Assembly: GCA_964410825.1 (NCBI GenBank)
Contig: CAYPIT010000001.1
Span: 1-25,655 of the forward strand
Reading direction: 5' to 3'
DNA: 25,655 bases
Source of the DNA: an uncultured Nitrospiraceae bacterium
Lineage (GTDB): Bacteria > Nitrospirota > Thermodesulfovibrionia > UBA6902
The notes under the pieces were generated by a model. The model was not told the origin of the DNA. It made no database searches and saw only the letters and a list, made by a program, of their open reading frames with translations. A program made the position numbers and the translations under genes. Positions 16,752-25,125 of the stretch are shown here, in pieces; positions within the stretch are counted from its first letter, which is position 1; each line of letters opens with the position of its first letter.

Positions 16752-17600
16752 ATGAAAAAGGTCTTTATATTTTTTACAATAATATTTCTAATCGCGGTGG
16801 TTCTGAGCCTTCTGTTCACTTTTTCACAAAAAAATCCTCTCGGAGAAAAGGTTGCCCTGGTGCATGTCTCCGGAGTAATAATTGAATCATCGGATGTAAT
16901 CAAGGAATTGAAAGATTATGCCAAAGACAGTTCAGTCAAAGCCATAATTATAAGAGTTAACAGCCCCGGTGGTGCTGTAGCACCATCTCAGGAAATTTAT
17001 AATGAAATAGTCAAAATACGGAAAAAGAAAAAAGTCGTTGTTTCTATGGGGGCAATTGCGGCTTCCGGCGGTTACTACATAGCAGCCCCTGCTGACAAGA
17101 TTGTGGCCAATGCAGGTACATTGACAGGCTCGATCGGAGTGATTATGGAATTGCCCAATGTATCAGGTCTGATGGATAAGATCGGCATTGAAACACAGGT
17201 AATCAAAAGCGGAAGGCATAAGGACATCGCCTCTGTTTTCAAAACCCTTACTCCTGAAGAAAAGAAAATTCTTCAAACAGTTCTTGATGATGTCCATGAT
17301 CAGTTTATCAAAGCGGTATCTGATGGCAGAGGAATGAAGTTTGAGGAGATAAAAAAGCTTTCTGACGGGCGCATATTTACCGGCAGAATGGCAAAGGAGA
17401 TCGGCCTGATAGATGAACTTGGCAATCTTGAAGATGCTATAATATTAGCAGGTGAACTTGCCGGAATTGAAGGCGAGCCAGAGGTTGTCACAAAAAAAGA
17501 AAAATTCAGCTTCCTTGATATGATCAGAGGACAGTTTCCTCAAAGGCTGATTGGAGATGCTTTCTCCGGCATACGACTTCAGTATCTGTTTTCGCCTTAA
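16752..17600 (+). CDS. sppA: Signal peptide peptidase SppA (36K type, S49)
   Basis: N-terminal TM anchor, RVNSPGG, SMGAIAASGGYYIA, TGSIGVI, IKSGRHKD, DGRIFTG. Confidence 0.95.
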   Translation: MKKVFIFFTIIFLIAVVLSLLFTFSQKNPLGEKVALVHVSGVIIESSDVIKELKDYAKDSSVKAIIIRVNSPGGAVAPSQEIYNEIVKIRKKKKVVVSMGAIAASGGYYIAAPADKIVANAGTLTGSIGVIMELPNVSGLMDKIGIETQVIKSGRHKDIASVFKTLTPEEKKILQTVLDDVHDQFIKAVSDGRGMKFEEIKKLSDGRIFTGRMAKEIGLIDELGNLEDAIILAGELAGIEGEPEVVTKKEKFSFLDMIRGQFPQRLIGDAFSGIRLQYLFSP

Positions 17601-17619
17601 CATTTTTTTAAAAAATTGG

Positions 17620-17648
17620 TTGACATTTAACTATTGATACTTTAGATT
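17620..17648 (+). promoter_or_regulatory. sigma70-type promoter for ihfB
   Basis: TTGACA(17620-25), 17 nt, TAGATT(17643-48), 18 nt upstream of the ATG; RBS AGGAGG lies in between. Confidence 0.65.
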
Positions 17649-17666
17649 TTTATGAAAGGAGGGTTT

Positions 17667-17951
17667 ATGACAAAATCTGTTCTTATCGATAAAATAGCAG
17701 AAAAAGTGGAGGGGCTTTCAAAAAAACAGACAGAAGTTGTAATCGAAACAATTTTTGAGAGCATCAAGGAAACCCTTTCAAAAGGCGGAAAAGTGGAAAT
17801 CAGAGGTTTTGGAAATTTCAGGCTCCGCAACAGGAACGCAAGAAGGGCAAGAAACCCTAAGACGGGTGAAGCGGTTGATGTTCCTCCCAAAAAAGTACCT
17901 TATTTTAAAGTTGGCAAAGAACTTCGTGAGATGGTAAACAGGAATACCTAA
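17667..17951 (+). CDS. ihfB: Integration host factor beta / HU-family DNA-binding protein
   Basis: MTKSVLIDKIAE...VEIRGFGNF...ARNPKTGEAVDVPPKKVPYFKVGKELRE. Start set at ATG 17667 after AGGAGG. Typical position after rpsA-sppA. Confidence 0.9.
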   Translation: MTKSVLIDKIAEKVEGLSKKQTEVVIETIFESIKETLSKGGKVEIRGFGNFRLRNRNARRARNPKTGEAVDVPPKKVPYFKVGKELREMVNRNT

Positions 17952-18027
17952 ACATTTTAAATCTTAATTTATTACTTTTAAAAGAAGAAAATCTTTTAAT
18001 TAGTGTCTGTATATAAAGTCAGTTTTT

Positions 18028-18057
18028 GTCATTGTCCGGCTTGACCGGACAATCCAG
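18028..18057. repeat. REP-like palindrome GTC-ATTGTCCGG-CTTGA-CCGGACAAT-CCAG
   Basis: Perfect 9-bp stem with GTC 5' foot and CCAG 3' tail; shares this architecture with 19831-19862. Confidence 0.7.
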
Positions 18058-18240
18058 ACATGTCCTCATGAAAACAGGGAACCATAACATATAAACGCCG
18101 GACTTCCCGATCTCGATACAAGTCGATTCCTGCAAGTCAACAACTGTTTCTCCTGCATCTCTATCCTATCCGATTAATGCATAACTGTGTTATCATTTAT
18201 CACACATTTCTATCAGAGAAAGGACTACCCATCCTGAAGT

Positions 18241-19764
18241 ATGCCAAAAGGTAAAGTATATATAGTCGGCGCAGGCCCTGGAGATATAGGACTGCTCACA
18301 GTAAAAGGACTGAAATACCTGCAGAAGGCAGAAGTGGTGGTATATGATTTTCATCTAAATGCTCAGATTCTCAACTATATAAATCACAATGCAGAATTTA
18401 TATATGCCGGCAAGCGCGGTGGACAGCACACAATGACTCAGGACCAGATCAATAAAACTCTTGTTGAAAAAGCGATGGAAGGAAAGATTATCTGCAGGTT
18501 AAAAGGCGGTGATCCCTTTGTATTCGGAAGGGGCGGCGAAGAAGCAGAAGTGCTGTCGCATGAAGGGATAGAATTTGAGGTGGTTCCAGGCATAAGCTCG
18601 GCAATCGCTGCTCCCGCTTATGCGGGAATCCCCCTTACTCACAGGGAATATTCATCTTCCCTTGCTGTTGTCCCCGGATATGAAGACATTACTAAAAAGG
18701 AAAGCTCTATCGACTGGTCCAGGCTTGCAACAGGGATTGGAACAATCGTTTTCCTTATGGCAGTCAAGAACATTGACCAGGTTTGCAAAAACCTGATCGA
18801 AAACGGAAGAAATCCCGACACTCCGGTTGCGGTGGTCAGATGGGGAACCAGGGCAGACCAGACAACAATAGTCGGTGACCTTGCAACAATACCTAATATT
18901 GTCAAGGCAAATGAGATCAAACCTCCGGCGGTTATGGTTGTTGGAGAAGTTGTCAGATTAAGGAAGCGACTTCAATGGTATGAAAAAAAGCCCCTTTTTG
19001 GTAAACGCATACTTGTAACAAGAGAACATGCTGAAGGGTTTGCGCGACTGGAAGAACTGGGCGCCGAAATACTTGAATTTCACACTATCAGGATTGTTCC
19101 TCCGGCAGACTGGAAAGCACTGGACAGCTCAATAGATAAAATCGATTCTTATGATTGGCTGATATTTACTAGCGGTAATGGCGTCAAATTCTTTTTCCAG
19201 AGGTTTTTTGAGCAGCGCAAAGATATCAGGGAAATGAAGGGTATAAAAATATGCGCTGTCGGCTCAAAGACAGCATCAGCGATCAGCAGATATGGGATCA
19301 AGGTAGACATGATGCCTGAAAAGTTTAATGCTGAAGGTCTGATAAAATCTTTCATTGAAGTGTACGGTGAAGTCGGGCTTAAAGGTGTACGCTTTCTCCT
19401 TCCAAGAGCTGAAGTGGCACGAGAAATATTCCCGGATAAAGTCAGGGAACTGGGTGGCGAAATTGACATACCCGTGACATACAGGGCGGACAAACCTGAT
19501 TTTTTAGGCAAAAGGCTGAAACGGTTTTTCAAGGAAGGCAAAATATCTCTTGCCACTTTTACAAGTGCTGCTACTTTCAATAACTTCTTCGAAATAATGG
19601 GCAAAGAAGCTGAAGCCCTGTTAAAAGACGTTACCATTGCTGTTATCGGGCCTGTTACAGCAAAGGCGATAGAAAAGAGAGGCCTGAAAGTAAGTATCAT
19701 GCCTGAAGAAGCGACAATAGATGCGATGGTGAATGAAATAATTAACTTTGCCGCAAAAAAATAA
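18241..19764 (+). CDS. cobA-hemD: Bifunctional uroporphyrinogen-III C-methyltransferase / uroporphyrinogen-III synthase (CobA-HemD)
   Basis: VYIVGAGPGDIGLLTVKG, RLKGGDPFVFGRGGEE, GIPLTHR; then ILVTRE, WLIFTSGNGV, FLLPRAE, TFTSAAT, IAVIGPVTA. Confidence 0.96.
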   Translation: MPKGKVYIVGAGPGDIGLLTVKGLKYLQKAEVVVYDFHLNAQILNYINHNAEFIYAGKRGGQHTMTQDQINKTLVEKAMEGKIICRLKGGDPFVFGRGGEEAEVLSHEGIEFEVVPGISSAIAAPAYAGIPLTHREYSSSLAVVPGYEDITKKESSIDWSRLATGIGTIVFLMAVKNIDQVCKNLIENGRNPDTPVAVVRWGTRADQTTIVGDLATIPNIVKANEIKPPAVMVVGEVVRLRKRLQWYEKKPLFGKRILVTREHAEGFARLEELGAEILEFHTIRIVPPADWKALDSSIDKIDSYDWLIFTSGNGVKFFFQRFFEQRKDIREMKGIKICAVGSKTASAISRYGIKVDMMPEKFNAEGLIKSFIEVYGEVGLKGVRFLLPRAEVAREIFPDKVRELGGEIDIPVTYRADKPDFLGKRLKRFFKEGKISLATFTSAATFNNFFEIMGKEAEALLKDVTIAVIGPVTAKAIEKRGLKVSIMPEEATIDAMVNEIINFAAKK

Positions 19765-19830
19765 GGTTCTTTCGAGAAAAAGTTGGCAGAATCTGCCAGT
19801 GCCTGACCCCGTATCTTTGAGTCATGCTGT

Positions 19831-19862
19831 GTCATTCCGGCAATCTTTAAGCCGGAATCCAG
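19831..19862. repeat. REP-like palindrome GTC-ATTCCGGC-AATCTTTAA-GCCGGAAT-CCAG
   Basis: Perfect 8-bp stem with the same GTC/CCAG flanks as 18028-18057. Confidence 0.7.
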
Positions 19863-19871
19863 TTACTGCTA

Positions 19872-19888
19872 CCGAGGCTTAGCCTCGG
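19872..19888. repeat. Perfect inverted repeat CCGAGGCT-T-AGCCTCGG downstream of the convergent ORF6N gene
   Basis: 8-bp arms around a single base; may act as a terminator or repeat unit. Confidence 0.5.
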
Positions 19889-19903
19889 AATATTCGATAA
19901 CAA

Positions 19904-20416
19904 CTAATGCTCTTCTCTCTCCCGACTGAATCCGATTTTCTGTTTTTTCTTCTCCGGAGCTTCCATAAGGCTATAGATAGCCTCGAATACTACTTTAAAT
20001 TGCTTATCATACTTTTTTTCAAGGGCCTTGAGCTTACGTGCAAGCTGGGCATTTGAAACAAGCATTTTACGGAGCTTTACAAAAGTTCGCATTATTTCTA
20101 TGTTAACCTGCACCGCTCTATCGCTTTTAAGTACACTCGACAGCATAGCTACTCCCTGCTCTGTAAATGCAAAAACATTAGGTGCATGCTTTATTCTGGA
20201 ACTTATCACAATTTGTGATAAGTTCATAATTTCAGCCCTGGTTAAAGCAAACATAAAATCTTCAGGGAATCGTTTAATATTTCTTTTTACCGCCTGATTT
20301 AATACTCTTGTCTCTACACCATAAAGTTCGGCCAAATCCCTGTCAATCATCACCTTTTGGCGCCTAATCAGGTAAATCCTTTTCTCAACAACTTCCTGCG
20401 GAATAAGCTTGTTCAT
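19904..20416 (-). CDS. ORF6N (KilA-N-like) domain DNA-binding protein
   Basis: [71 protein letters not shown]-terminal KIGF. Confidence 0.93.
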   Translation of the reverse strand: MNKLIPQEVVEKRIYLIRRQKVMIDRDLAELYGVETRVLNQAVKRNIKRFPEDFMFALTRAEIMNLSQIVISSRIKHAPNVFAFTEQGVAMLSSVLKSDRAVQVNIEIMRTFVKLRKMLVSNAQLARKLKALEKKYDKQFKVVFEAIYSLMEAPEKKKQKIGFSREREEH

Positions 20417-20723
20417 AATTGTCCCCCTAAATAATACTCTAACGTCGCACGTCGGTCGTCAAACGACGCTTAGGCGTTCCAGCGGTTTATTTAAATTGAA
20501 ATCTTCAACCCATGTCCCTTACTGGAATTGATTATACCATAATAATACGCTCCTCGCCGGGTGAGGTTTAACAGAGATAATTAAGTGGACGACTTGTTTA
20601 AACCAGTCTTACACCTTTCTCTGTTTTGCAATAATCTCCACACATATTTACTGTAAGTATTATAATTTACAGAATAATTTATGGCTTAGTATATGACAAG
20701 GGGCATTCAATGGGGCTATAACG

Positions 20724-20903
20724 ATGCTGGGGATCTTCGACAATATCGAACAATCATTATTACCTCCTTTGCAGGAAACCCTTCAGGTATCTGATCGCAC
20801 TGATTATTGTGTTGGTTATTTTAATCTTCGTAGGTGGACAAGTTTGATTCTTACAAAAAAATATTTTCGTAGGAAAATTATAAGGTTTGATATATTTTAT
20901 TAA
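20724..20903 (+). pseudogene. 5' stub of a PLD-domain/SNF2-type helicase gene (restriction-modification associated)
   Basis: [38 protein letters not shown] resembles the recognisable N-terminus (IFDN...[12 protein letters not shown]) of about 1000-aa PLD+helicase proteins. It breaks into an unrelated tail and stops after 59 aa. Confidence 0.65.
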
Positions 20904-20907
20904 TTAA

Positions 20908-21434
20908 ATGCTACTGGATAACAAGACAAAAACTGAAGGCAGTGAGCATTCAACGGTATATGATTTTTTAGTTAATTATATCGCACAGGAGAAGCCTTCA
21001 CGCATGGAACCGGGCCGGGTAAGCTTCTGGAGATTGATAAGCGACAGCTTCTTCTTGATTTTCCGGATGACCCGGAGCCGGAGAGCATATTCCCTTCATG
21101 CTCTGTCTGTTCCTCAATTAATGATCTGCATTTTGTAGAAGTACACGACAAAGAGCATTTTTCAAGCATTTACTGTAGTGAATGCAGAAAGATAAGGTCT
21201 GCCACTGTTAACACAAGCATTCCCTTACCTTTACTGAATCGCCGTCTGCTCTATCGTGTGCTTAATATGAATAATATTGAAAAACTTGATGATTCAGTCA
21301 AGACATATCAGGAACAATTAGATACAGAGTTTGCCGGCAAATGGGAAGAGATAGCAAAAACAATGAAATCAAAAAATCCCGAAGAACAGGATAAATTGTT
21401 TGAATTTGATGATGACCAGGGTAAACTGATATAA
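20908..21434 (+). pseudogene. Frameshifted hypothetical protein with two CxxC motifs (putative Zn ribbon)
   Basis: ATG 20908 frame reads MLLDNKTKTEGSEHSTVYDFLVN. A different frame is open 20976-21434 (152 codons: LYRTGEAFTHGTGPGK...PSCSVCSSINDLHFVEVHDKEHFSSIYCSECRK...EFDDDQGKLI*) with no early start. One extra base near 20975 would join them into about 175 aa. Confidence 0.55.
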
Positions 21435-21453
21435 AAATATTGTTTTATGATTT

Positions 21454-21546
21454 ATGATTAGTGATGAATTAAGAAGTAAATTAATCAACTTTCGAAAAAA
21501 ACGAACGGTATCAGCATTAGATTCTATCGAGGTTGAACCTCGATAA
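21454..21546 (+). pseudogene. 5' stub resembling a MazG-like (dCTP pyrophosphatase-type) nucleotide pyrophosphohydrolase
   Basis: MISDELRSKLINFRKKR resembles the family N-terminus that normally continues xWEQFH; here it diverges and stops after 30 aa. Confidence 0.4.
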
Positions 21547-21752
21547 TTTTATTAAGAGAAAATTATTATAGACATCGACATGCATTTGAAAGAAATTGTA
21601 GAAAAGATCAAGAGTCATTTTAAGGATATTATAGGAACGATTATTTATCCTGCTGCGCATAAAGAAACGGTGCTTTATGAAAGATGATAAAATAACTATA
21701 GTAAAGGTATTATGCAGGTAGCAATATGACCTGAAATATAGGAGGAATAATT

Positions 21753-22040
21753 ATGATTCTGAAGGAAGAGCTTGATAAAGCCATTGAGATTGCCAAAAAA
21801 CATGAGATAGGAAAGTTATATCTGATTGGGTCTGCTCTCTACAATGAGGAGAAAGATATTAATGACTATGATTTTGCAGTAATGGATGTGCCTCCCGAGA
21901 GTTTTTTTAAATTCTATGGAGAAATGTTGCGAACTTTATCGAAACGTGTGGATATTATCGATCTTTCAGGCAAAGCAACAAAATTTAAAAGTATTGTTAT
22001 GAGGGAGGGAGAGGTTGTCTATGACAGATCAGCAGCTTAA
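21753..22040 (+). CDS. Minimal nucleotidyltransferase (MNT, putative antitoxin)
   Basis: LYLIGSALYNEEKDINDYDFAV (GS...DxD), RVDIIDL, EGEVVYDR; 95 aa; RBS GGAGG. Confidence 0.88.
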   Translation: MILKEELDKAIEIAKKHEIGKLYLIGSALYNEEKDINDYDFAVMDVPPESFFKFYGEMLRTLSKRVDIIDLSGKATKFKSIVMREGEVVYDRSAA

Positions 22041-22056
22041 AGAATGCAGACCTTAA
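22021..22056 (+). pseudogene. Possible 11-codon stub of the HEPN partner gene overlapping the MNT stop
   Basis: ATG at 22021 inside the MNT tail (MTDQQLKECRP*). The overlap matches the usual MNT-HEPN coupling, but there is too little sequence to identify it. Confidence 0.3.
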
Positions 22057-22107
22057 GCCAGAGCGATTTTGATTTTTTATATAAAGCAATTCAAAACATA
22101 ATTTATC

Positions 22108-24210
22108 ATGACTCCCAAATCTGTTATTAACCAGGAATCGATTCTTAAATTCCTAAAGAAGCGAATTAACAGGCCTGTCAAGTTCAGTGAAATAGCTGAT
22201 TCACTCCGATTAAATAAGAAGGAATACAAAACACTAAAACGTATTCTCCGATCGCTAATCAAATCCGGTGAAATTATAAAGACTAAAGCCGGACATTACG
22301 GGCTGCCCGAGAAAATGAACCTTATTACCGGTACATTTGAAGCACACAGGGACGGGTACGGCTTTGTGGTTTCTGAAAAGTCCGGGGAACAGGATGTATT
22401 TATTCCGCCTCGCAGAACTATGGGCGCAATGACAGGAGACCGCATAGTGGCCCGCATAGAAAATCCTCTGAAAAGAGACGGCAGTGTAATAAAAATTCTT
22501 GAACGTACACAGAAAAAGATTATCGGAGAACTCTGTAAACAAAGAAATATGTATTACGTTAAACCAAAAAGCAGGAAAGTTCCTTACTATATTTTGATAA
22601 GTCCCAAGAATACAGGAAAAGCTGCAGTAGGCGATATGGTTACAGCAGAAATAACTGCATTCCCATCGACCGCGACCCCGCCTGAAGGAAAAATACTTAA
22701 GGTCCTTCCACGAATAACTGAGCCAAGGCAGGAAATTGAACTGATAATCGAAGAATACGCTCTTCCAAACAAATTCCCTGCATCAGTACTTGCCGAAACC
22801 AGGGGATTGAAAGAGGCCAGGGGTCAATTCAGAAACAGGGTCGACTGCCGAAAGCTGCTGACATTAACAATTGACGGTGAAACGGCAAAAGATTTTGATG
22901 ATGCTGTCTCGATAAGCAAGTCGAAACGCGGCTTCATTCTATATGTCCATATAGCAGACGTGAGCTATTATGTGACCTGGGATTCAGCTCTTGATCTTGA
23001 GGCAAGGAAAAGAGGTACGAGCGTTTATTTCCCGGGCAGTGTGGTTCCGATGCTACCCGAGAAACTGTCAAATAATTTATGCAGTCTTGTCCCTCAGAAA
23101 GACAGGCTGACTTTTACTGTTGAGATACATTTCAACCAGACAGGTCAGATATTAAAAAAGAGTTTCTACCAGAGCGTAATTTGCAGCGATGAAAGAATGA
23201 CCTATACCTCAGTCAAGAATATACTCGTGGATAAAGATAAAGATGAGCTATCAAGATATGATCGTCTTGTTGATCGCCTTGAAATGATGGAGGAATTGTC
23301 CGGCCTTCTCAGGAATCAGAGAATAAAGCGCGGAAGCCTTGATTTTGATTTGCCCGAACCGGAAGTACTGCTTGACATACAAGGGAGGCCTGAGGCGATT
23401 GTAAAAGCCGAAAGAAACCTTGCCCACATGATGATCGAAGAATTCATGATATCCGCAAATGAGGCTGTTGCTTCATATCTGGAAGAGTCGGGAACCCCAT
23501 CAATCTACAGAGTACATGAAAAACCTGATCCAGCTAAACTGGACGAACTGAAACCGGTTTTTAGTGCCTTTGGCTTTAATATGCAACAATCCGGCATTCG
23601 GGCTTTCCATTCATTACTCCGGAAAATTAAGGGCACCGGCGAAGAATCTTTTCTTAACGTCCTGCTCTTACGTTCCCTCAGGCAGGCAAAGTATCTTACA
23701 GATAACATCAGGCATTTCGGGTTGGCATCAAAATGCTATACTCATTTCACTTCTCCAATCAGACGTTATCCGGATCTTGTTATACACAGAATTTTGAAGG
23801 ATGCACTCAGTAAGAATAAGATGACTGAAAAGAAAAGAGATCATCTGAAAAAGATTTTGCCGGATATAGCTTCCAATTCTTCAAAAAGCGAACGCACTGC
23901 TGATGAAGCAGAAAGGGAAATTATCAATGCCATGCGCGTATGGTTCATGAAAGACAGGGTAGGAGATGAATATGAAGGAACCGTAACGCATATTACACCG
24001 CATGGGTTAAAGGTGCAGTTAAGGGATTTCTTTGTTGAAGGTTTTCTGCATGTTTCTTCGATGACTGATGATTATTACCGGTTCGACGAAAAAAATTACC
24101 GTCTAAGCGGCAGACGCAGAAAAAAGACTTTTGGCATTGGTCAGACGATAAATATTCGGGTAGATCGAGTTGATCTGGAAGAAAAAGAAATTATTTTAGG
24201 GCTGGTTTAA
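22108..24210 (+). CDS. rnr: Ribonuclease R
   Basis: N-terminal HTH, FEAHRDGYGFV cold-shock domain, TIDGETAKDFDDAVS, VHIADVS, RGTSVYFP, YTHFTSPIRRYPDL, C-terminal S1. Confidence 0.97.
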   Translation: MTPKSVINQESILKFLKKRINRPVKFSEIADSLRLNKKEYKTLKRILRSLIKSGEIIKTKAGHYGLPEKMNLITGTFEAHRDGYGFVVSEKSGEQDVFIPPRRTMGAMTGDRIVARIENPLKRDGSVIKILERTQKKIIGELCKQRNMYYVKPKSRKVPYYILISPKNTGKAAVGDMVTAEITAFPSTATPPEGKILKVLPRITEPRQEIELIIEEYALPNKFPASVLAETRGLKEARGQFRNRVDCRKLLTLTIDGETAKDFDDAVSISKSKRGFILYVHIADVSYYVTWDSALDLEARKRGTSVYFPGSVVPMLPEKLSNNLCSLVPQKDRLTFTVEIHFNQTGQILKKSFYQSVICSDERMTYTSVKNILVDKDKDELSRYDRLVDRLEMMEELSGLLRNQRIKRGSLDFDLPEPEVLLDIQGRPEAIVKAERNLAHMMIEEFMISANEAVASYLEESGTPSIYRVHEKPDPAKLDELKPVFSAFGFNMQQSGIRAFHSLLRKIKGTGEESFLNVLLLRSLRQAKYLTDNIRHFGLASKCYTHFTSPIRRYPDLVIHRILKDALSKNKMTEKKRDHLKKILPDIASNSSKSERTADEAEREIINAMRVWFMKDRVGDEYEGTVTHITPHGLKVQLRDFFVEGFLHVSSMTDDYYRFDEKNYRLSGRRRKKTFGIGQTINIRVDRVDLEEKEIILGLV

Positions 24211-24360
24211 ACGGTTGTTATCAGTTTTTCCCTGATTGATTTAATCAAATTGATATCAATGTCGTCTGAATAAAAGCTTTGAATCATCAAGTTACAACAT
24301 TGCGTAATATCACTGAAATTGTTACAACTTCTTGACTTTTTTGATTAAATTCTGTCAATA

Positions 24361-24431
24361 TACAAAAGTTTATGAAGCTTTTGTAAGCAGAATAGAGGCC
24401 ACAAATACTTTGAACTTAGTGGTCTTTTTTT
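24361..24431 (+). promoter_or_regulatory. Structured csp 5' leader: hairpin followed by a terminator-like hairpin with U-tract
   Basis: TACAAAAG/CTTTTGTA perfect 8-bp stem (24361-24385). AGAGGCCAC/GTGGTCTTT stem with G-U pairs (24394-24427) followed by T-run to 24431, 35 nt before the ATG. Confidence 0.5.
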
Positions 24432-24465
24432 ATTTGATGATTTTTTTTATTGAGGAGGAAATAGG

Positions 24466-24669
24466 ATGCCTAATGGTACTGTAAAATGGTTTGACGAAAC
24501 AAAGGGTTATGGATTTATCACCAGTGAAGATGGTGGAGACATTTTTGTCCATTATTCATCAATTCAGGGCGGTGGATTTAAATCCCTCGTCGAAGGTGAT
24601 TCCGTAAGTTTCGAAGTTGAGCAGGGCGAAAAGGGGCCCAAGGCAGTAAATGTAGAAAAAATAACATGA
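24466..24669 (+). CDS. Cold-shock protein (CspA family)
   Basis: [15 protein letters not shown] (RNP1), DIFVHYSSI (RNP2), GFKSL.EG, GPKAVNV; RBS GAGGAGG. Confidence 0.97.
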   Translation: MPNGTVKWFDETKGYGFITSEDGGDIFVHYSSIQGGGFKSLVEGDSVSFEVEQGEKGPKAVNVEKIT

Positions 24670-24719
24670 ATTTTAAGTCTATAAGTAGTTCATGAGAAAC
24701 TCAGTTTATAAATAACGAT

Positions 24720-25106
24720 ATGGCAACTAAACAGAATTATCTTAAAAAAGCGGAAATTCAGAAAGAGAAAAAGCAGAAGGCGGGGTTAATGTCTGATAAA
24801 TACCCCAGGGTATCAGGCATTGTGATCAATATGACATATTATCACAATGTTGCAAATCGTGTTCTTATGGAGCGTATGGTTAATTTTTTCCCTACAAGTT
24901 ATGCCTATTTTAACATGGAGTGCATGATAAAAGGCTGTGAGGAAGGCGGGTTTGATCTAACACGTCTGATAGCCAAACAGATCAAAAACAATAAGAGAGT
25001 GTTAAAGGGAAAAATGGATTGTAAAGGCAAGAATGGTAATCTGACAGCGAATCACTCAAGCGTATCATATGAGGTTAATATAAAGTACAACAGACGTAAA
25101 AAATAA
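24720..25106 (+). CDS. Basic hypothetical protein with C-x4-C...C...H pattern
   Basis: 128-aa ORF with protein-like composition. Lys-rich N- and C-termini; C68, C73, C101, H112. Confidence 0.75.
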   Translation: MATKQNYLKKAEIQKEKKQKAGLMSDKYPRVSGIVINMTYYHNVANRVLMERMVNFFPTSYAYFNMECMIKGCEEGGFDLTRLIAKQIKNNKRVLKGKMDCKGKNGNLTANHSSVSYEVNIKYNRRKK

Positions 25107-25125
25107 TCCTGCAGTTCCAACTAAC

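Noticed and set aside
9197-17951. hisC inside an aromatic amino-acid operon joined to cmk-rpsA-ihfB
   Set aside because: This is a well-known conserved supraoperon, not novel.
18028-19888. CRISPR array, MITE or IS interpretation of the palindromes
   Set aside because: No regularly spaced direct repeats, no cas or transposase gene, no terminal inverted repeats with target duplication.
20651-20672. CTGTAA-N10-TTACAG palindrome as a LexA box
   Set aside because: CTGT...ACAG spacing is 14 nt, not 8. It may be another operator, but there is no support.
2669-23797. Short ORF-track entries overlapping called genes (e.g. 2669-2869, 4997-5236, 6869-7396, 9772-10200, 12878-13411, 19149-19835, 20028-20297, 20972-21169, 23505-23708)
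   Set aside because: Antisense or alternate-frame shadows of well-supported genes, with no recognisable motifs.
24236-24259. FNR/CRP-like boxes TTGAT...ATCAA downstream of rnr
   Set aside because: Half-site spacings are 3 nt (24236-48) and 0 nt (24250-59), not the 4 nt FNR requires; chance is likely in AT-rich DNA.
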